Positions 25,535 to 37,664 of a stretch of DNA of 64,000 nt are shown here, in pieces. This DNA comes from Octopus vulgaris (lineage: Eukaryota). The stretch is from the NCBI GenBank assembly GCA_951406725.2, contig OX597820.1, positions 22,010,001 to 22,074,000 on the forward strand, given 5' to 3'. The notes under the pieces are model-generated. The model had not been told where the DNA came from, did no database searches, and worked only from the letters and a program-made list of their open reading frames with translations. Each line of letters starts with the position of its first letter. The stretch's first letter is position 1. Made by a program: the position numbers and the translations under genes.

Positions 25535-25848
25535 GAGCTTACGATCGTGAGGTTATGAGCTCGAATCCCGGATCGGGCTGCGTGTTGTGTTCTTGAGCAA
25601 GACACTTTATTTCACGTTGCTCCAGTTCACTCAGCTGTAGAAATGAGTTGCGACGTCACAGGTGCCAAGCTGTATCGACCTTTGTCTTTCCCTTGGATAA
25701 CACTGGTGGCGTGGAGAGGGGAGGCCGGTATGCATGGGCGACTACTGGTCTTCCATAAAACAACCTTGCCCAGACTTGTGCCTCAGAGGGTAACTCTCTA
25801 GGTGCAAACCCATGGTCACTCATGACCGAAGGGGGTCTTTACCCTTTA
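25535..25848 (+). mobile_element. tRNA-derived SINE (5'-truncated)
   Basis: B-box-like gagctcgaatccc, core ttgagcaagacac...ccagttcactcagctg, tail catgaccgaaggggg. Confidence 0.7.
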
Positions 25849-25949
25849 TATATATATAATATTAATTAGAGACAAAACCACTATTTTGTAAAACAAACAA
25901 GGAAAGACTTAATCAATACATAAAATTTTAATAAAAAGTAAAAAAACCG

Positions 25950-25992
25950 CCACTACAATTGTTTCATGTCCTCAATGACAATCTTCAGGTGG
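25950..25992 (-). ncRNA. Minimal type I hammerhead ribozyme
   Basis: ccac CUGAAGA uugucauugaggacau GAAA caauug UA gugg. Confidence 0.8.
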
Positions 25993-26156
25993 ATTTCCGA
26001 TTTTCAAATCAGTTTCAATTTATATATTATATCAAATTAGAGACAAAATCACTATTAGGCAAATCAAACAATGAAAAACTTAAGCCAATACATAAGATTA
26101 TTTAATTTATATTATTTAAATATAACAAAATTATTAAAAAAATATAATTAATATCA

Positions 26157-26220
26157 CACTACGATCGTTTCATGCCTGCTAACTTCTTCAAATTTTTGAG
26201 TCGCAGTCATTCATCAGGTG
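26157..26220 (-). ncRNA. Type I hammerhead ribozyme
   Basis: cac CUGAUGA augacugc...gcaggcau GAAA cgaucg UA gug. Confidence 0.75.
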
Positions 26221-26284
26221 GTTTAAATAATTATATATATATATATTATATATAAAATAATATGTCACAATTACTCAATAGTCA

Positions 26285-26347
26285 AGATAAAACTCTGAGT
26301 TTCAGATGCCGAAGTGGAAATCCACAACATCATCTCTTCGGTTATCT
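26285..26347 (-). ncRNA. Variant hammerhead fold (CCGAAGA core)
   Basis: agauaa CCGAAGA gaug...cauc u GAAA cucagag UU uuaucu; perfect 6-bp stem I. Confidence 0.55.
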
Positions 26348-26857
26348 GGCCATCTGAAAAAACGCTATGAAAAAATACCGTTATATAAAGGGGAATTACT
26401 GTGTTATAATTCTGCTACTTATATAAAATAAGATTAAAATTTCATAGTAAACACGTAAACATTGACAACGTAGATTTGATTTGTTTTCATCAGCTGCATA
26501 TACCTGGAAAATATTTCAAATGTTGCTACATCTATGCCATTACACTCGTCTGAACGCCAAAACGTTAACAGAACGATAACAGTGAAGAAGTTTCAATGAA
26601 AATAATAATGCAATACGAAAGTATTGCTTTCCAGTAAAAGATAGCCCGTAAGGGTAAAATTATACATATAAAAGTAAATAAATGGTACAACAAGGCACCG
26701 ATATTTACTGGGAAATAGCAATCGTAATAAATACGACGCTATTGTATAGCTTCACTGCGTATATACTAGCAAAGACGCGTGTGTGCAACAAACATGAAAA
26801 AAATTTGTCTTACCTCTAGGAAGAACATCTGAAAAATGGAAAACCTAGAATCGGATA

Positions 26858-26928
26858 ATGCAGGACCGGTTTCAGACTCTTCAAATACGTTTGACAACGT
26901 AGATTTGATTTGTCTTCATCAGCTGCAT
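26858..26928 (-). ncRNA. Type I hammerhead ribozyme with long stem II
   Basis: augcag CUGAUGA agac...gucu GAAA ccgg UC cugcau; perfect 6-bp stem I, GUC site. Confidence 0.9.
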
Positions 26929-27059
26929 ATACCTGGACAATATTTCATATGTTGCCACATCTATGCCAGTACACTCGTATGAACGCCAAAACGTTAACAG
27001 AACGATAACAGTGAAGAAGTTTCAATGAAAATAATAATGCAATATATATATATACATCC

Positions 27060-27915
27060 GGTTGGCTTCTCCGACATAGTCTCTCTGTTTTTGCTATAAT
27101 CGGTTTTCCAACGGTTACTGAATTTTTTTCCCGGAAGCGTCTCTGCAATGGTCTCACGAATCTCCTTCCGGAATTCCTCATGAGAAGTGCGTGAGGACTG
27201 CCATGACTGAAGCTCGTGTGTGTTAGCACACCGCAGCGCTGCTTCTAAGTTATGTATTATACGTGCAGCTTCTTTTTTCTTCTCTTTTTTATTTAATACA
27301 TGAGCATGTTATCAAAAATGAACCTACACACATCCAGATGCAGCTAAATAATATACTGATTGCCAACTTCATGCTTCTTGTTAATTTGGGGCCCTAGTCT
27401 GTTTAAGATTATAGCTTCCTTAATTCTTAGATTACCCAAATTTCTTTCATTGGCCTCAGTTGCGACTGTTATGCTTTTGTCGGTGTTCCGGCACCTGTCT
27501 AGATATTTTCTGATGGAGGATGTTCTCTCGCTCAGATGTTTTTGATACGAATATGTAACAGTCTTGTTGTGCTACCCACATAGAACTTGTTGCATTTCTT
27601 ACATTATATTCTATACACAACATTTACCCGTTGGCATAAATCTGTGTCACGGATGGGACAGTTTGTTGGTGTGCATTGATTGTTGTTCCTTGCTCGTTTC
27701 TTTGCAAGGTCTCTTCTGAGAGCGGGGCCGGAGTTGGCTAGTTGTATGTCCAGTCCTTCTCTTCTTAAGGCTCTTCGGGTGGCTGTAGTTATCCTTTCGC
27801 TAAAATGGGGTATTTTAAAGAAACATGTGTTGCTGAGTTTTCTGTATGTTCGGCGTGTTTGTCGTCTTGGGTACTTAAGCCGATTTACAATGGATATAGG
27901 GTACCCGTTGGTATT
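27060..27915 (-). mobile_element. PLE GIY-YIG 3' fragment
   Basis: NGYP...DTDLCQRVNVVYRI*CKKCNKFYVGSTTRLLHIRIK. Confidence 0.8.
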
Positions 27916-27942
27916 TAAATAATATTCAAATAAATTAAATTA

Positions 27943-27990
27943 GCCACTACAATTGTTTCGTGTCTCTTCTAAAGACATTCATCAGATGGT
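27943..27990 (-). ncRNA. Minimal type I hammerhead ribozyme
   Basis: ccau CUGAUGA augucu...agacac GAAA caauug UA gugg. Confidence 0.8.
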
Positions 27991-28009
27991 TTTCAGATCT
28001 TCTATTCAA

Positions 28010-28580
28010 TTTTAAGTTATGAAGTTATATCACGAATCATTTCCCAGAGGTTCTTTTCAAAATCAGCAAGAAGTAGATTAAATGGCGCAATTCTCCTCGT
28101 ACGGAATATCTTGACTTCTTTGAGTTGATCTTGTACATCATCATTTGATTCATGATCAAAGTGAAATGCTCTCCATCTCAATCTATGTATAAAGAAATTA
28201 GTTTTTGTCTATTATGTTATAATAGACAATATAATAATATTCCTTACGTGAAGGTCTGGGTATACCTTTAAGACAGTTCTTACAATATATTTTCTCCATT
28301 GCATAAATATACTACCAGTGTAACCTATATCACAATAGGATAGTGGTACAACAAATGCACCAATATTTACTGGAAATAGCAGTCGATAATATACGACGCT
28401 AGAGTAAAGTTTTACTGTGTATATATATACTGGCAAAAATGTTTACAGGCGGCGAACATAAAAAAATTCACCTTACCTGTAGGAAGAACATTAAATAAAT
28501 GTACAACACAGATGTGGATAATCTAGGACATAAGTTTCTAATTTTCCAAATTATGTTTGTTATATATAAAAATACTGCAT
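28010..28580 (-). mobile_element. Naiad-type PLE 5' end (UTR body plus N-terminal coding)
   Basis: Minus KTNFFIHRLRWRAFHF...FRTRRIAP...DFEKNLWEMIRDI; upstream 28355-28560 is a diverged copy of the 4730-5000 body. Confidence 0.75.
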
Positions 28581-28653
28581 ATATATATATATATATTACA
28601 TATAATTGAAAAAGATAGAATAGACAAGGAGTACGGTTGAACTGTTATTTTTA

Positions 28654-28759
28654 ATCACTACACGTGTTTCCATACAGCATAGTACTTCATGTATACAAGA
28701 ATTTGATTATACACCGGTTTACCTGCATAATGGGATCCAGTTGTATTTCTTCGGGTGAT
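28654..28759 (-). ncRNA. Variant hammerhead fold (CCGAAGA core, long stem II insert)
   Basis: aucac CCGAAGA aauaca...uguaug GAAA cacgug UA gugau. Confidence 0.6.
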
Positions 28760-28989
28760 ATTCAGTTACTGTTCCCGTTAGTTAAAAAATCTTCGACTTC
28801 GTTGCTAACACATCCATCTGCCTTGTTTGAATTTAGTAGACGGTGGCAGTTTCATTCCGCTTGCTTGCTATGAGTAGTATTGGATGTACTGGCTATTTAT
28901 TTTGTTTCTCATGTTAGGCTGCACACTTGAACTTTTATTAAAATAGAGGAAGCAGTGAAAGGGGTACAGTGAACTTGCCGTGGGGAGTA

Positions 28990-30015
28990 GAATATCCAAC
29001 GTTTCGGATGCAATCCTTTGTCAGGGGTGGAGAAAAAGAGAAGTTGAAGAAAGACAGCGTGTTACATCCTCTCAGCTTGAAAAACTGGCTGTAACTGATA
29101 ATAGACGCAGACTAACACGGTCTGCAAACGTGAAACAGAGGTTATAGGAGAGGGCGTGCAAAAAGGAGGAGGAAAAGAGTGATAGAGAGAGTAGATGTAA
29201 GCAAATACTGGAATGTTGCAGAGAGAGAGAGTGTGGAAGGAGAATTAGAAAGGGTAAAAAAGTATTAAGAGGAGGTGAAAGGATGACAAGAAAAATGTTC
29301 ATTCATACCTGTCGGGCACATCGTGCCAAGATCAAATACAAGACGTTGCTCTTTTCGTTTCCTAGAGAAGGGGATCCGTGGTGCAAGGCCATGCCACACA
29401 CTGATAAATCTGCAATAGAATGATTCACAGTGTTGAAGTGGGTAGCGCCAATTTGGCCCTGGCAGTCGTAGTATTATGCTTCTGATGTGTTCGTGAAAAC
29501 GATCCCCAAGGCGTCACCCTGTTTCTCTAATGTAAAGAGCACCGTAGAGTTTGCATATGATGCAGTATATGAGATTCGGTAAAGTGTAACAGAAGTAGTG
29601 TGTTATATGATATTGCTTCTTGGGCCCCGTGATAGAGGTAATATTGTTGATGTAGGGGTATGTGTTATATCGTTGGCGAGAGCATTTAAAGGTTTCTGGT
29701 CGTGCGGAGCTGAGAGCTGTGAAGCTTCTAGCAAAATTTCTAAGACTCCTATCTTTTTTAAAAGACAGGTGAGGCGGTGTGGGAAAGATGGGGGCGGTTG
29801 TTGGGTCAGGAAGAAGAATGCGAAAGTCGTGGGTGAGTTTGTATTTTAGAGGAAGGATGGACGAGTGGTAGGTGAGAGAGAGAGTGGAATACGATCGGTG
29901 GAAGTGCATGAAAACGGTAGGAGAGCTGCGGTTGATGGCTCGGGCTCGGTAGAGTGCCGGATCGACAACTGATGGAGGATACCCTCGATTCAGAAAAAAC
30001 TGTCGCATCGTTTTG
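28990..30015 (-). mobile_element. PLE thumb plus GIY-YIG 3' fragment
   Basis: FFLNRGYP...LTYH...NLIYCIICKLYGALYIRETG; decayed HHR (CUGACAA) at about 28995-29027. Confidence 0.8.
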
Positions 30016-31879
30016 CACTGGGATTCGAGAAAAGGGAGAAAATAGAAAATTTTTACGTACAGACGTCATTTATTTAAAGATATTCCAATTCATGCAAAGA
30101 AATTCCTGCCTACAGCTGTTTCCACGCCCAATCATTTCAGTCACAGAAATAAAATACTTTAATGCAAGTTCCATATTTGAAACCAGTCAATTGGGTATTT
30201 CTTCAGCGAGGATTTCCAAAAGGAAGTCATATCTCGACGTGTAGGTTAACCTACGACAAACTCAGATGTGTGTGCTTTCTTAAATGCAAGCTTTCCTTTA
30301 AAAACTGTTTTTACCATATATATAAATAAACACATTTAATATATTTGTACGCGTGCTAATATGATACATAATAGTTTTTTTATGCTGGTATAGTAGTTAA
30401 GAAGCCATAGATATTATAGAGAGAAAGAGAGAGATAAAAACGTGTGAGTGGGGAAGAATGTTCTGTTTCATCTTCGCGCTTCTGTGTTTCTCTCTGTCTT
30501 TGGATATCTCTCCTTTATGCAATGAGGTTCTCCTTTTCATTTTGACGTCTTCGAGACTGTCGCTTTGCATCTACAAGCTGACGTACCCTGTAATTCCCGG
30601 AAAAGCAGGGCCAATCCCTTGATCTCATTCTCATAATCGATTCGCTAATCCAATAGCAACAATACAAAGTATATAGCCCTTAAAACGGTTTTTGTGCATT
30701 TACAGAGAATACCGAACCGTCTAACATAGGATCTTGCTTTTAGGAAATCCCAATAAGTGATGAATACCAAACTCGTGAAATCAGTTACGTAATAACATGC
30801 AAATTAGTTACTCGATAGTAACAATTCAAATAAAGTAGCCCTGAAAAGGGATTTAATGTGTGACCTTTATGATAAGTGCAGATGACCAGCAGGCGGAAAA
30901 GAAAAAGGATTTTAAATGGGTTATTCCCCACTGGTCGTTAAAGAAAACATCAACACAACTATCAATATAATTTAAGATGTTCCTACGTGTAAACAGCGTG
31001 GGAACTCTATGAGAAGTGTGCAGATTGCAATGTTTTTGAATCTAAATAGCAATTTCTGTCTGATTGTGTGGTTGGTCGTTACATAGAGTACATCGTTACA
31101 AAACGTTAACACATCTATCAATAAGGTGTTCTTGTGTTCCTACATGTAAATAAGGAATGACCTTTGCGATGACAGGGCATTTGTCTAAAAGCAGAACAGT
31201 TCTTAATGCAGCGCCTGTCAAATGGCTGAAGTGACATAAAAGGCATTGTCATTCATGGTATATTCGTGAATAAGTCACTAACCGAAATAAGTGGATCTAT
31301 TGTTGAGGAAAGTACTATTTACTTGTTTAAATGTTGTTCTGGGTAAAGTGCGAAAATAACCCTAATAAGAAATAAACATGCTCAACTTGATTTATACCAA
31401 ATAAAATGTATGAAAAATATTTTTTACGGTTGCTATGGAAACAGCACGTTAATGGTAATATTTGTAAATAAGCTGTGGCATTGATATCCCCATAACCCAT
31501 GGTCAGATTTTACTGAAAGTTGTTTTAAATGAAACATCTTAGGTAGGTCTATGAGATGTCGTTAAATTTATAAATTGACATAGGACAAGTGTTGGAAAGT
31601 AAAATCACTGACCTTGTCTGACAATTTCTTGTAAGAAAGTCCACGCAATGTAGAACGCACACGTATTTATACAACGTAACCACTGGCAATCGGTCATTCT
31701 AATGATATTGCTTCTCTAATAAATGTAGGGAGAAATGGCCAGTGGGCAAAATAGAGAAAAAAGAAAAACGAATAGGTTATTTCCCCTTAGCCGTTAAAGG
31801 AAAATAGGTGGGTTATATCTAGACCCATTCTAGGGGCCCTAGCAGTCCAACTATGAATTTCTACTAAACTGCAATGAGC

Positions 31880-32900
31880 CTAATAACCCTAACCTTAACA
31901 GCTCCGATTTATCATATTAGGTTCCGGTGGAAAGTGGTAATCTATTAATTCTCTAACTATATTAGTTCTTTCTACTAAATTAAATTCTGGAATATTCCTT
32001 TTCCCATGTTTATTCCTCTCCTATGCTTTTTGCTCTCAGTGTCTTTTATGTATTTTCTCAGAGAATCCACTATTTCTTAGTGTTTCATAATATCTTGAAA
32101 GAATGTTCATTGGAAGTTATCAAAGAAAACTATTTACTAACATAGTTTCCTTATGATGCTGGGCGTGTAATTTTGCCTGTGTTTATTAATTTCTCATTCG
32201 GTTAATGGTATGGTCTAAAATTATTATCAACGGCGATAAGATCAGTATCTACAGTAATGCTTTAGTCAGATTTTTTCTAAATCTAATGCAACTCATTGCC
32301 GTTACAATTTCTCGATAAAATTAGGCCATGATCACGATATAGACTACAATCCATTTCAGAAAATTTCTTCCTCAATATATCTAAAATATATTGCTCCGTT
32401 CTTCCACTCACCTGATAACTGTGATATGCTACCATAGATACATTGAACAATTCACTTCTTTTCGTAGTCGAAAAACAGTGACTTCCTTGTATTCATAATC
32501 ATTGAGTCATACTAGTATCAGTAATTGCTGCCACATTATTGTGGGACTTCATTAAGAAGGCTTGATTGTTGAAGGATAAATATCTGCTATATAGTATTGC
32601 GTGAATCTACGGTTTTTCTTCTCATTTATTCTGCAAGACTATTCGAGTACTTCTGAAATAACGTGTCATGGTTTTAGGGAGGATACTGCTATTAATCTGA
32701 AAATAATTTTCTTAATGCTATTTTCCTAACTATACCAAACTCTGGCTTTGCTGAGTTAATCAATTAATCAGCAATTAGTTACACTCAAATTGTAATTTAT
32801 GGTCTTTAAGTATTGCAAAAGAGGATTGAGATGTCATCTAACTTTAGCTTTGCTGCTAATTCTTTGGCATCTAAATTAATAAATCTGTAACATAGGCAGT
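31880..32900 (-). mobile_element. Heavily decayed Naiad-type RT
   Basis: Minus SLYRDHGL (GLYRDDGL-like) near 32325-32345 and MVAYH (MGAYD-like) near 32430. Confidence 0.5.
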
Positions 32901-33849
32901 AGCATAGTGTAATTCCTGAGTGCTTTGTTGGTTTGCACTAATTCCGTTATTCTGATGGCAAAAGAGACAACTGTGATTGGGTAGGGTGCGGCATACTCCA
33001 ACAGAAACTAGAATCTGACTATCACAGAGTTTCTCCGGATTTGTACAAAAAATGTATAAAGACTTATTGGAATGAGAGAGAAGATATCAAAGTAAAGTGT
33101 TAATATCTGTACTCACGATTTGCCTTACATCTCACAGAAAGCTTCCCGGAGCAATAATGATAATTTGACAGATATGGGTAAGGACAACCCATTATGGAGT
33201 TCTCATCACCTCTGCAAAATTCCCCACCGATGCTTGTTTTATTGTTCTACTAGCAAAATTCCTTGAGAAAACATGCAGCTTAGCTTATTTGCATGCAGAC
33301 TTCAAATTTTTTCGCAACTTTTTAATTCTTTGTTATACAGTGGATATTTTGCATATTCCGAGACCAAATTTATCGTCTTTATATATCGTCCAGGCTGCTC
33401 GTTGTTCGAATAAATGCGCATGCCGCCTCATTTCATATATTTCCTCGAGTGAATTGTGATCTTAATAAAAAAAAAACTGGTGCCTTTCTATAATCAATGA
33501 TATTTATGTCTTCGAACAAAGCACTACTTTTAGCAAAGGAACTATTTTCATTTTCCTTGGCTCACAATGAAGCGATAAATTATAGCACTCAATACGTAAG
33601 TTCTTTAATTCATAATTCTTTATGCATTAACTAATATTAACTGAATGGCTCACAATGCCAGTGCTCTGAGATACGCATCTCTGATCTATCAGTTGGAAAT
33701 TTTAGCCTGTTTCATCTCAAATCGTTGGAGTGTGACAAGAAGCTTGCTTCCCAACCCCATGGGTTCGGGTTCAGTCCCACTGTGGGGCTATAGTCTTCTA
33801 AGGCCGACTAAAGCCTTGTGAGTGGATTTGGTAGGCGGCAAATGGATGT

Positions 33850-34190
33850 GGACGGGTTGGCTTCAGTCGAGTGATTGAGGCCAACGAGAAACTTTGGATT
33901 GTTCTTGGAATCACTTCGAGTCTTGTGTTCTTTTCTATCAATCTTTCCCTCTTCTTTAAATTCTTTATACAGCGATAAACTGTTGCTTTTGGAAGTTTCA
34001 TCAACTTAACAATTTTATTGGCCCGGTGCGCGCCAATACAACAATGGTGGAACGATTCTGCAGTTCTATGACTTTCTGCTGTCGAATCAGTTCGCTATTT
34101 ACCTGGAAAATAAAGAGGATTAGATTTTCAAGCAAGCAAGATCTTTTTTAAAAATATATATTTCTCGAAATCAAATTACGGTGGGACCTA
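33850..34190 (-). mobile_element. Tc1/mariner transposase N-terminal (HTH) fragment
   Basis: KLMKLPKATVYRCIKNLK HTH-like; abuts a SINE fragment at 33727-33845. Confidence 0.5.
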
Positions 34191-34202
34191 CGGACTACCG
34201 AG

Positions 34203-34245
<43 letters not shown>

Positions 34246-34250
34246 ACACG

Positions 34251-34303
<53 letters not shown>

Positions 34304-34346
34304 CAGTATTAATAAAATAGATGGTATGTGTAATAGAATTTATTGG

Positions 34347-34388
34347 GTACAACACATGTTTCGACCTGTTCTGGGTCTCTTCGGGTAC
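34347..34388 (-). ncRNA. Variant hammerhead fold (CCGAAGA core)
   Basis: guac CCGAAGA gacc cagaaca gguc GAAA caugug UU guac; perfect stems I and II; close to (TA)n. Confidence 0.65.
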
Positions 34389-35961
34389 ATCAGATACAAT
34401 AAAAAGTCTCACTAGAAGATTTCCTGAGTCGGCTTGCGTATCGCTATATGACCATCAAATTCGAGAATGATTAAAATCAAAGAAAAATATATATATAAAT
34501 GAAGTATAAGGAAACGTCTTCCAGTATTTTCCTCCATAAAAATTATGGCTTTCTTCTCTATCCCCTCCAATATCTGAAGGTAATGGTGGTAGACTTGATC
34601 TGTCACTTCATTTAACACCATCTGGCATTTAAATGTCCAATCTGTTGCAAATATTCATACTAGATCGCCAGTTTGGAATGACCCAAAAGTCAAAGTTTCT
34701 TTCATAATCCAGGTTGGTACAGATTCAATATAAATTCTACAAATTGTTTCGGAGTCTAATTAATTCCAAAGACAAAAACGGGAAATTCTTCTTGAAATAA
34801 AAATTAGATTCTTCGTCGGGAATTACATATTAGTATGAATAGTTACGACCAACAAAAATATAAAAAGACCTGTCATAGCCCAGGCGGGAATGAACAAAAA
34901 ATAATAGAATGAAAAATCACTAGAACGCCAAACCGTTCAAAACCAGAAAAAATATATAAATAAAACCACTCCAGTGTTTTATTGACATTACAATTCATGA
35001 TATAGTAAAGACCGATAAAGTATGAGCTGTGTAGTTCATTTGAAGCATTGCAGTACAGAAGTAGAAAATGACAGAAAAGAGATGGTGGTGGTTAAACTTT
35101 ATACTTAGGGTAATGAGGTTTATAAAATGAAAACGTTTGCACAAAAGAAAGAAATATATGTGATTATGACTGTGCGTTTATGTTTATGTATGCGTGTAAT
35201 TTCGACTACTTAGTCTCAGCAGTAATCTGCTTGTTCATTCGCCCGTTATACATCAGTAAGGGAGGTGAAGTGAGTGCGAGTCGGAGTAAAAGTGAGAGAG
35301 AGAGAGAGAGAAGCGGGGAGGAATGTGAATAGAGAAGAAAGCAGTGAGGAAGGGGTAGAGAAAGATGTATAATAAGGCCAAAATGTATCACATAGTTAGT
35401 TGAAGGGAGAGGCAAAAAGCGAGAGAAAAATGGAAAACAGAAACGAGTGAGAAAGAAGTGTTAAACAACGTGCTGTTGGGTGGGGAGGGAAAGGTAAAGA
35501 GAAAGAGATATGTTTAAGATACAATATTCAGCAGAGGGTGATGTTCTGGTGGTGAGATTAAAGAAAAGCAGATAGAGAGGGACAGGGAAAACAGTCATAT
35601 TGAGAGAGAGAGAGAGAGATACATCGAGAGGAAGAAAAAGAAATAAGCAAACAGCTGAAGTGAAATGAACTTTGTTACTGAAAATTATAGTGATGATGAT
35701 GGTGGTGGTTGTGTGTTGATTGTGGAAAGTTTTTTTTTTTAATTGAACTAAATCTCTAATATTATTCTACCTGTCCGTTCACACTTTACGCTTTTAGTTT
35801 GTCAGCGAGGAGAAGGATGTGGAGTGGGAGAGAGGAAGAGGGACTGTGAAAGTGAGTGAGAGAGCAGCTAGTCAGCTGATGCATTATGCTGTCGTTCGTG
35901 TGCTTAGAAGAAGTGGGAGGTGACGAGAAGGAGAGAAATGTTAAAGATATGAACAGGTAAG

Positions 35962-36385
35962 GGCGCAGGAGTGGCTGTGTGGTAAGTAGCTTGCTAACCA
36001 ACCACATGGTTCCGGGTTCTGTCCCACTGCGTGGCATCTTGGGCAAGTGTCTTCTGCTATAGCCCCGGGCCGACCAAAGCCTTGTGAGTGGATTTGATAG
36101 ACGGAAACTGAAAGAAGCTTGTCGTATATATGTATATATATATATGTATGTGTGTGTGTGTTTGTGTGTCTGTGTTTGTCCCCCTAGCATTTCTTGACAA
36201 CCGATGCTGGTGTGTCTACGTCCCCGTCACTTAGCGGTTCGGCAAAAAGAGACCGATAGAATAAGTACTGGGCTTACAAAAAGAATAAGTCCCGGGGTCG
36301 AGTTGCTCGACTAAAGGCGGTGCTCCAGCATGGCCGCAGTCAAATGACTGAAACAAGTAAAAGAGTAAAAGAGTAAAAGAGTAAA
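35962..36385 (+). mobile_element. Full-length tRNA-derived SINE, family A
   Basis: A box tggctgtgtggtaag, B box ggttctgtccc, internal (TA)(TG) tract, (gtaaaaga)n tail; near-identical to 46142 and 62851 copies. Confidence 0.9.
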
Positions 36386-36698
36386 GAGGTAAAGATAAAA
36401 AGAGAAATAGAAAGTGTTTAGCAGAGTGAAATTTTAAAATCATTATATCATTACGACTGGAAGTGAAATAACTCACTAAAATAAAATTAATGATGCAAAT
36501 CATCTTTTGTTTCTTAAATAGCTTCTCTTAAACGTCTTCGTTCTATGAAATTTACACGGGTCCCACTAGTATAATATAACCCGAACAGAACTGCCAACAC
36601 ACACATATGCACCTTGTATTACAGAACTACCAGCGTACATAGTTGTACTACATATTTACAACAATATATGTATATACGTACATACATACATATATATA

Positions 36699-36765
<67 letters not shown>

Positions 36766-36820
36766 GTATATATATGTATGTATGTATGTTTGTATGTATG
36801 TATGTATGTATGTATGTATG

Positions 36821-36882
<62 letters not shown>

Positions 36883-36918
36883 ACTTCATAAATTAAAACT
36901 GATTAGAAGATCGGAAAT

Positions 36919-36962
36919 CCACCTGACGAATGTCATTTGAAGACATGAAACAATTGTAGTGG
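36919..36962 (+). ncRNA. Minimal type I hammerhead in Naiad terminal unit 36880-37060
   Basis: ccac CUGACGA augucauuugaagacau GAAA caauug UA gugg; unit sits among (TA)n tracts. Confidence 0.85.
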
Positions 36963-37366
36963 CGGTTTATTTAATTTATATTAAAATTTTTATGTATTGA
37001 TTAAGTCTTTCCTTGTTTGTTTTGCAAAATAGTGGTTTTGTCTCGAATTAATATTATATAATATTTTACTATAAAATTGGATTTAATCCTAAATCTGATT
37101 TTTTCCCTGTTAATTTGGATTTATTCCCTAATATTTATTATTATATATACATATATGTATATATATATGTATGTATGTATGTATATATATGTATATATTT
37201 ATTTACATATATTTATATTTATATATATTTACAGCGGTGGTGCCCCAGCATGGCCGCAACCTTTCGAGCTGAAACATTTTTTTTAAAGGATTTATGTGTA
37301 TATATATATATATATACACATATATATATGTATGTGTGTGTATATATATATAAACATATGTATATA

Positions 37367-37430
<64 letters not shown>

Positions 37431-37590
37431 TCAATTAATCAATTTAGGGTAGCAAAAAATTCAATAGAAATTTATCGCTACCAGCGGCCTAGTGGGAAAG
37501 ATTTCTGAATTACTGCTACTTAGCGGTTTGAGTTATGGCTGCTCTCTCTAGTGGACGAATGGCCTATTAAGGCCATTCCTAAATTGTTTA

Positions 37591-37662
<72 letters not shown>

Positions 37663-37664
<2 letters not shown>

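Larger units (their letters stand above)
25855..27050 (-). mobile_element. Non-coding Naiad-derived element with four hammerhead folds
   Basis: Same termini and body as 4190-5075; HHRs at 25950, 26157, 26285 (variant) and 26858. Confidence 0.75.

Noticed and set aside
31430-31443. RFX X-box-like gttgctatggaaac
   Set aside because: Single motif inside probable repeat-derived sequence with no gene context
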